Of a stretch of 64,000 nt of DNA, positions 58,331 through 64,000 are shown in pieces. The stretch's first letter is position 1; each line of letters begins with the position of its first letter. The stretch is from the NCBI RefSeq assembly GCF_009914755.1, contig NC_060941.1. One strand, given 5' to 3'. The translations under genes and the position numbers were made by a program. The notes under the pieces were generated by a model. It was not told the origin of the DNA and searched no databases. It worked only from the letters and a program-made list of their open reading frames with translations. This DNA comes from the human T2T-CHM13v2.0 reference genome, Homo sapiens.

Positions 58331-58580
58331 AATCAGGATTCTTCCCCATCTCTCAGTTCAGGTTTACGTTTGCCTCTCGGCTTCCTGTTCTTCTCTTGCA
58401 AATGAGCTCTTTTCACCTGCTGGGGAATACGGCCATGAGGATCACATCACATTCCAGAAGACCCAAAAGAAAAGAGGCTGTCTCACCCAAGCCTCAGTAT
58501 GGAAAATCTCAGAAAAGGCTTCTGACAGCTTAGCTGGGCCTCTTGGATACAGAGCTAGGTCGAGGTCACTCAGATCCTAG

Positions 58581-58950
<370 letters not shown>

Positions 58951-58969
58951 GCATTTTCTTTTCTTTTTT

Positions 58970-59022
58970 AGGGATGGGGTCTCACTATGTTGCCCAGGCT
59001 GGAGTGCAGTGGCTATTCACAA
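58970..59022 (-). pseudogene. 5'-truncated 7SL RNA/FAM retrocopy (3'-terminal ~53 nt)
   Basis: Reverse complement reads tgtgaatagccactgcactccagcctgggcaacatagtgagacccc, a 7SL/FAM-type end; 16-bp TSD aatacatatgttttct at 58634-58649 and 59030-59045. Confidence 0.85.
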
Positions 59023-59473
59023 GAACGAAAATACATATGTTTTCTGATACAGACTCCCCTCTTTATAAGGGTCGAATGAATCAGAGAATAGCTTTAATAT
59101 CAACACATAAAAGTAACATTCAAGAAGTACATTTTAATAGGACAATGAATATTTTCATCAATCATTATAGCACATTCAATCCAGAGAAGGCAACCAGAAT
59201 GGAGAGGGGCTCAGTTTGGAGAATTGTTGGAAACCAGGGTATTTAACCCAGAACAGAACAAAAGGCAGGGCCTGCTGCTTCTTGTTCCTATGCAGAGAGT
59301 TACTGGGTTATCTCATTCCACACGGCTTCACAGGCAGAATTATTCCCTAACTGGCAAGAGGATAAAGTCCTAACTCCTTATCATGGAGTCCAAACTATAT
59401 CTACTTTCCAGAGTCCTTTCTAACCTCGTCTCTGCATTCTGAAGGATGCCAGCATCAATGAAAAACAGCATCA

Positions 59474-59792
59474 GGCCAGACACAGTGGCTCACGCTTATA
59501 ATCCCAAACCTTTGGGGAACTGAGGCAGGAACATCACTTGAGCCTAGGAGTTTAAGACCAGCCTGGGCAACACGAGGGCAACATACAGACCCAGCCTCTA
59601 CAAAAAAATTTTACAGATCAGCTGGGCATGGTGGCATAGCACCTGTGGTCCCAACTACTCAGGAGGCCGAGGTGGGAGAGTTACTTGAGCCTGGGAGGTT
59701 GAGGCAAGGATCGCACCACTGCATTCCAGCCTGGGTGACAGAGTGAGACCATGTCTCGAACAAAAAAACAAAAAAACAAAGAGGAAAAAAAA
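59474..59792 (+). mobile_element. AluJ
   Basis: Diverged dimer with J-type features and A-rich tail. Confidence 0.93.
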
Positions 59793-59945
59793 GTACCAGA
59801 TACTTTTTAAACGGCACTTGTTAAAAATCAGGGGCTGGGGTCACCTTTAAGAACACGGCCTAGTACAGATGGAAGCCAAGCTGAAGACAATCAAGTTTCT
59901 TGGCACAGTCTTGGCAAGGCCCTTGTGCCATGCACTTCATAGTTC

Positions 59946-60177
<232 letters not shown>

Positions 60178-60469
60178 TAGGCACAACCAAAGAGGGGCAC
60201 CAGGGGAGAGGAGGAGAGGGCCCAGGTTTGTCATCTTTCCTGAGATGCCCCTAATATCTAACGTTGTGCTTGGTATTCATATTTGTTGAGTGGGCAAATG
60301 AATGCATGCATGCGAGAGACCACAGAACACCGTGGCCTCTCATTGCACTCGTGGGCCTTCCTGCCGGAGGCTAGATTCAAACAGTCTGGGCAAATGGGCC
60401 CAAGTGTTGACAGTGGGCCTACACAGTGGTTAAATGCAGCCAGAAGACATTGTGGCAAGAACATAAGTT

Positions 60470-60670
60470 AGAAGGTTTCAGTCCTTGCTGCGCCCTACAT
60501 GTGCAACTGTGGACAAATTGATCATCCTCACTAAGCTCGTGTTTTTTTCAGCTCGAAAGTGAGAATAATAATAATGTTTAGCGATTTGGGCTGAAGGAGG
60601 AATAAATGAGATTCCACATACCGGTACCTAGTTAGTCTTCCACATGGTAAGATGCTTAAGAAAACTTACT
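60470..60670 (+). mobile_element. MIR
   Basis: gcaactgtggacaaattg ... tgaaggaggaataaatgagat ... cacatggtaagatgcttaagaaa. Confidence 0.55.
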
Positions 60671-60897
60671 TCCTCTTTACCCAAATGGTTGTAATAATTT
60701 TATTCTGTTATGTTCCCCAAATATGAGTTAATGGCCACATGTTTTGGAAGGCAGAGAGAATGTCTCAGTTGCACAATGTCCATTATAACTAAAAACTCAG
60801 TAAAGGTTCTACTTTCTGATGACGAGGATTTTTGAGGTTTCTCTGGTCCTTGTGGTTGCCTTAGATATCTGTCTTTCTTAATCTAAACACACAGGGC

Positions 60898-61100
60898 AGA
60901 GCTTTCTCCAAGAGAGACCCATGTGTCCGCTACATCAGGATCACCTGAATATCAGAACGAAGCTGCTTTGCTTGCCATTCAGATGGTCCTCAGAGCCACT
61001 CCAGACCCACCAAGTCAGAGTTCCTGGGAGTGGAGCCTGGAAATCTGAACTTGAACTACCACCCTCAACTGATTCCTGTGCACACTAAATTTGGGGTTGA
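60898..61100. mobile_element. MER5B-like MITE
   Basis: tacatcaggatcacctg ... ccactccagacccaccaagtcagag ... ggagcctggaaatctg ... tgcacactaaattt. Confidence 0.65.
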
Positions 61101-61632
61101 AAAATGTTTTCAACTGGAGCAAGAGTGTGCTTCCTCACCACCAGCCTAAAAGTGTACACAGACCCCACAGCCATGCACCTCCCCTAAGGCCCCAGAATCA
61201 AAGGTCACCTATAACGCTCCATTTCTGAACAGTGGGAAGAATCAAATAAGAGGGCCCATCCTCCAAACACAGAACTACCGAAAGGCTGTTGTATCTTTTT
61301 GAGGCCACTCCTATCACATATCACCCCTCAATCGATCCTCTTCTCCCTTGGGCCTACCTCCCCTTAACTTTTGTAGCCTCCATTTCCCCACTTGCTGAAA
61401 GGTGATAAACACCAGGTTTTGATCTATGGTTAACCTTCTTGTCCAAAGTCTCGAACAAGCACATTCTGCATGGTTGTTGACCACTCCACTTGCCAGGTAA
61501 CAGGTGCTCCTGAAAAGCTAGTCTCCTTCCCTCCTCATAACACTGCAGTGAGGGTGGGATGGGGTGATGCTGGTAGATTCTTGCCATTCAATTATGGCAT
61601 TTGACTAAGGGGACTGTTAAAAATGCAAAACC

Positions 61633-63420
61633 TGCTAGGTGCAGAGTCTCATGCCTGTAATCCTAGTATTATGGGATCTTTAGGGTATTGCTTTTCTGGC
61701 CAGAAACGTCTGTGGCCGGTGGTGCCTTTGCCTGAGTTCTTGTCCCGTGTCCAGAAAGAAAGAGGTACACAGATGAGTGGAAGGTGAGCAAGATGAAGAG
61801 GAGATTTATTGCGTGTTACAACAGCTCAGAGGAGACCCGCAGTGGGTAGCTCCTCTCTGTCAGCAGGGTGTCCCATTGAGTGTTCGGCTCTCAGCAGAGA
61901 GGAGGCCCTGGAGAGGGTAGCTCCTCTCTGCAACTGGTTGTCCTGATGTCTGCAGCTCTCAGTAGAGAGGGTAGCTCCTCTCTGCAGCTGGTCATCCCAT
62001 TGTCTCTCTGTCCTCTGGCTCCTCTGGCTGAGCCCAGGGCTTGTTTGGGCCTCAGAGGGGGGAAGTGTGTGTGGATTGGTCCATGGGCAGCCATGGGCAG
62101 GCCCAGGAGAAAGCACTGTAATTCCCCTTCTGCTCTGTAGGACTGGCAGCCTGGCCCCCAGGCTTCAGGCCTGCTCTGTCCTGAAGGTAGGGCTTCACTG
62201 GGGACCCACCCCTTTCCACCCAGAAGTCTGTCTGCCTCCCTCGGCCATCCATGGTGCCCAGGCTATTGGCACCAAGGGGCACCTGCAGGCCAGCACCCAG
62301 CCACCTTCAGCCCCCCTTCAACTTCCCCCACCCCACGCTCCTTGGTGCCCAAAGTTTGGAGGGGGCTGACGCAGCAGGGGGCTGGCATGTCAGCACCACC
62401 CCAAGCCTGTGTATACCTGGCCGGGCTGTGACAACACCCAGGCTTGGCCCCAAACCCTGCTCCAAGATCAGAGCAGGAGCCTGGAGTGGGGAGAGCCGGG
62501 CAGTGGGAGCAGGAACCTCCAAGCCTGCAAGGGCAAGGGGGGCCTTCCCAGGCTCCCCAAGAGTGCAGGGATGCCTGGGTCTGCAACCCTGGTTTGTGTG
62601 ACTGCAGCTGTGCTCAGGGCCATGGGGCTCCTGCCTGCTCCATGGAGTTCGAGGCCCAGATCCACAGCTATGACTTGGGCAGCTACAGCCCTGCCCAGGG
62701 AGGTGGGACTCCTGCCTACTCCCGGCTCCCAAGAGCACAGGGGTGCCTGAGTTACAGCTGTGGCTTGGGTGGCTGCAGTTTGCACCTTGGGAGCTCCTGC
62801 CCCACCAACTTGGAAGGGGCAGGGATCCCACTTGTCCCCAGCTCCCACCAGCTCTGTGGAGCATGGCACTGGGCTGTGACCCCTTGCAGCCTGGGCTGGG
62901 GGCTCCAGGTCCTCACTGGGTCTGGGTCATCATCCGGGCAGGAGTGACATTGCTGCGAACGCCCGCTGTGGCCCTGACGCTCGGGGGCAGCCGGGAGCTC
63001 TCCCTCCCCCAGCACACAACCCGGCCTGGCCCCATCGCAGAGGTCCCAGGGTGGCGGGCTGCTGGGCAGGGCTGTTTGCCTCCTCCCTGTGTCCTCCCTG
63101 CAGCGGCCAGTGTGATGGCAGCTAGTAGCTGCACCAGATGGCCTGCTACTGCCATCACTAAGAATTTGGGAGGCCGAAGAGGGCAAATCACTTGAGCCCA
63201 GGAGTTCAAGACCAGCCTGGGCAACATGATGAAACCCCATCTGTACAAAAATATACAAAAAATTAGGTGGGCATGGTGGCACACAGCTGTAGTCACAGCT
63301 ACTTGGGAGCTCGCCTGAGCTTAGGAGGTTGAGGCTGCAGTGAGCCGTGACTGCACCACTGCACTCCAGCCTGGGTGATAGAGCAAGGCTCTTGCTAAAA
63401 ACAAAAATGATAAAACAACA
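61633..63420 (+). mobile_element. AluJ split by the MER52 LTR (61633-61666 plus 63158-63420), itself inside a MER5 element
   Basis: ctcatgcctgtaatcctag | LTR | ctaagaatttgggaggccga; Alu flanks aa(a/t)tgcaaaacc. Confidence 0.88.
61667..63157 (-). mobile_element. MER52-family (ERV1) solo LTR, about 1.5 kb, GC-rich
   Basis: tattatgggatctttagggtattgcttttctggccagaaac start, repeated gggtagctcctctctgc units, gcctgctactgccatca end; 4-bp TSD ctag/ctaa. Confidence 0.9.
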
Positions 63421-64000
63421 ATTGCAAAACCCAGGCTACCATAGACGTACTGATTCAGAATCTGAATCTAACAAGGTGCCCAGGTGACCTCTTAGTATGT
63501 GAGAGTCTGAGAAAGCGTGGCTTGCTGCCCAACTAACAGCTCTTTCTGCCCACTCCCTCGCTGACAGCTTGTAAAACAAGTGCTATTTCAGGAAGGAATA
63601 ACCCGCTTAGGTCTTTAGGGACTCTGGAAGGAGTTGTAAGGTGAGACTATAATCAAGGAAAGTTCTAAGAATTATGGGCTTCAACCACATAGAGACAGGT
63701 TTAACCTCATCACGGCGGGTGCCTTGGACAGCCTTCCTCCACTGCCTCTTAACACAGTTCGTACTTTTGAAGACCCAGGGATGCTGGAGCTCACCAGCAT
63801 TACACCCACTCATTTTGATATTAGGGTTGTGGTGAGTCATCAAATCAGCCGGAACCAATTAAGACTGAACCGTTAAGATCCCTGCTGGCATCACCGCACA
63901 TGGTCCTGGAAACAGAGGGACTGATCCAGTGAAACCCCACGTGGGGCAGCAGCTCATTGATGGGACACAGGATGTTTCCACAATGCTCCTTAAGTCAGCA

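Noticed and set aside
61826-63296. Dense overlapping ORFs of 100-185 aa
   Set aside because: All lie in the GC-rich MER52 LTR and Alu, where stop codons are rare

Overview
This is primate (human/ape-like) non-coding genomic DNA, either intronic or intergenic. I found no host protein-coding exon, tRNA, rRNA or CRISPR feature that I can support, and I cannot name the locus. Much of the window is interspersed repeat: about 15 Alu/FLAM/7SL-derived SINEs, a 3.9-kb 5'-truncated and disabled L1PA3-like LINE inside an older L1M, several L1M/L1PB 3' ends, L2 and MIR relics, solo LTRs (MLT1, LTR33, LTR40, MER52) and DNA-transposon MITEs (MER5, MER53, MER33, MER58, MER1B, MER104). Family names come from recalled consensus sequences, not a database run. 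The unique sequence contains several AT-rich islands dense in homeodomain motifs that look like developmental enhancers. The most notable observations are: (1) a CpG-retaining 0.85-kb stretch (about 19010-19860, minus strand) whose translation follows the motif order and spacing of a Gypsy/Ty3 pol RNase H-integrase region, i.e. a very old retrotransposon relic; (2) a complex templated insertion at 6369-6791 made of a 354-bp direct copy fused through a 4-bp microhomology to a 73-bp inverted copy of nearby sequence; (3) two more short local duplications of different ages; (4) several nested or chimeric retroelement structures. Nothing here proves a new biological system.
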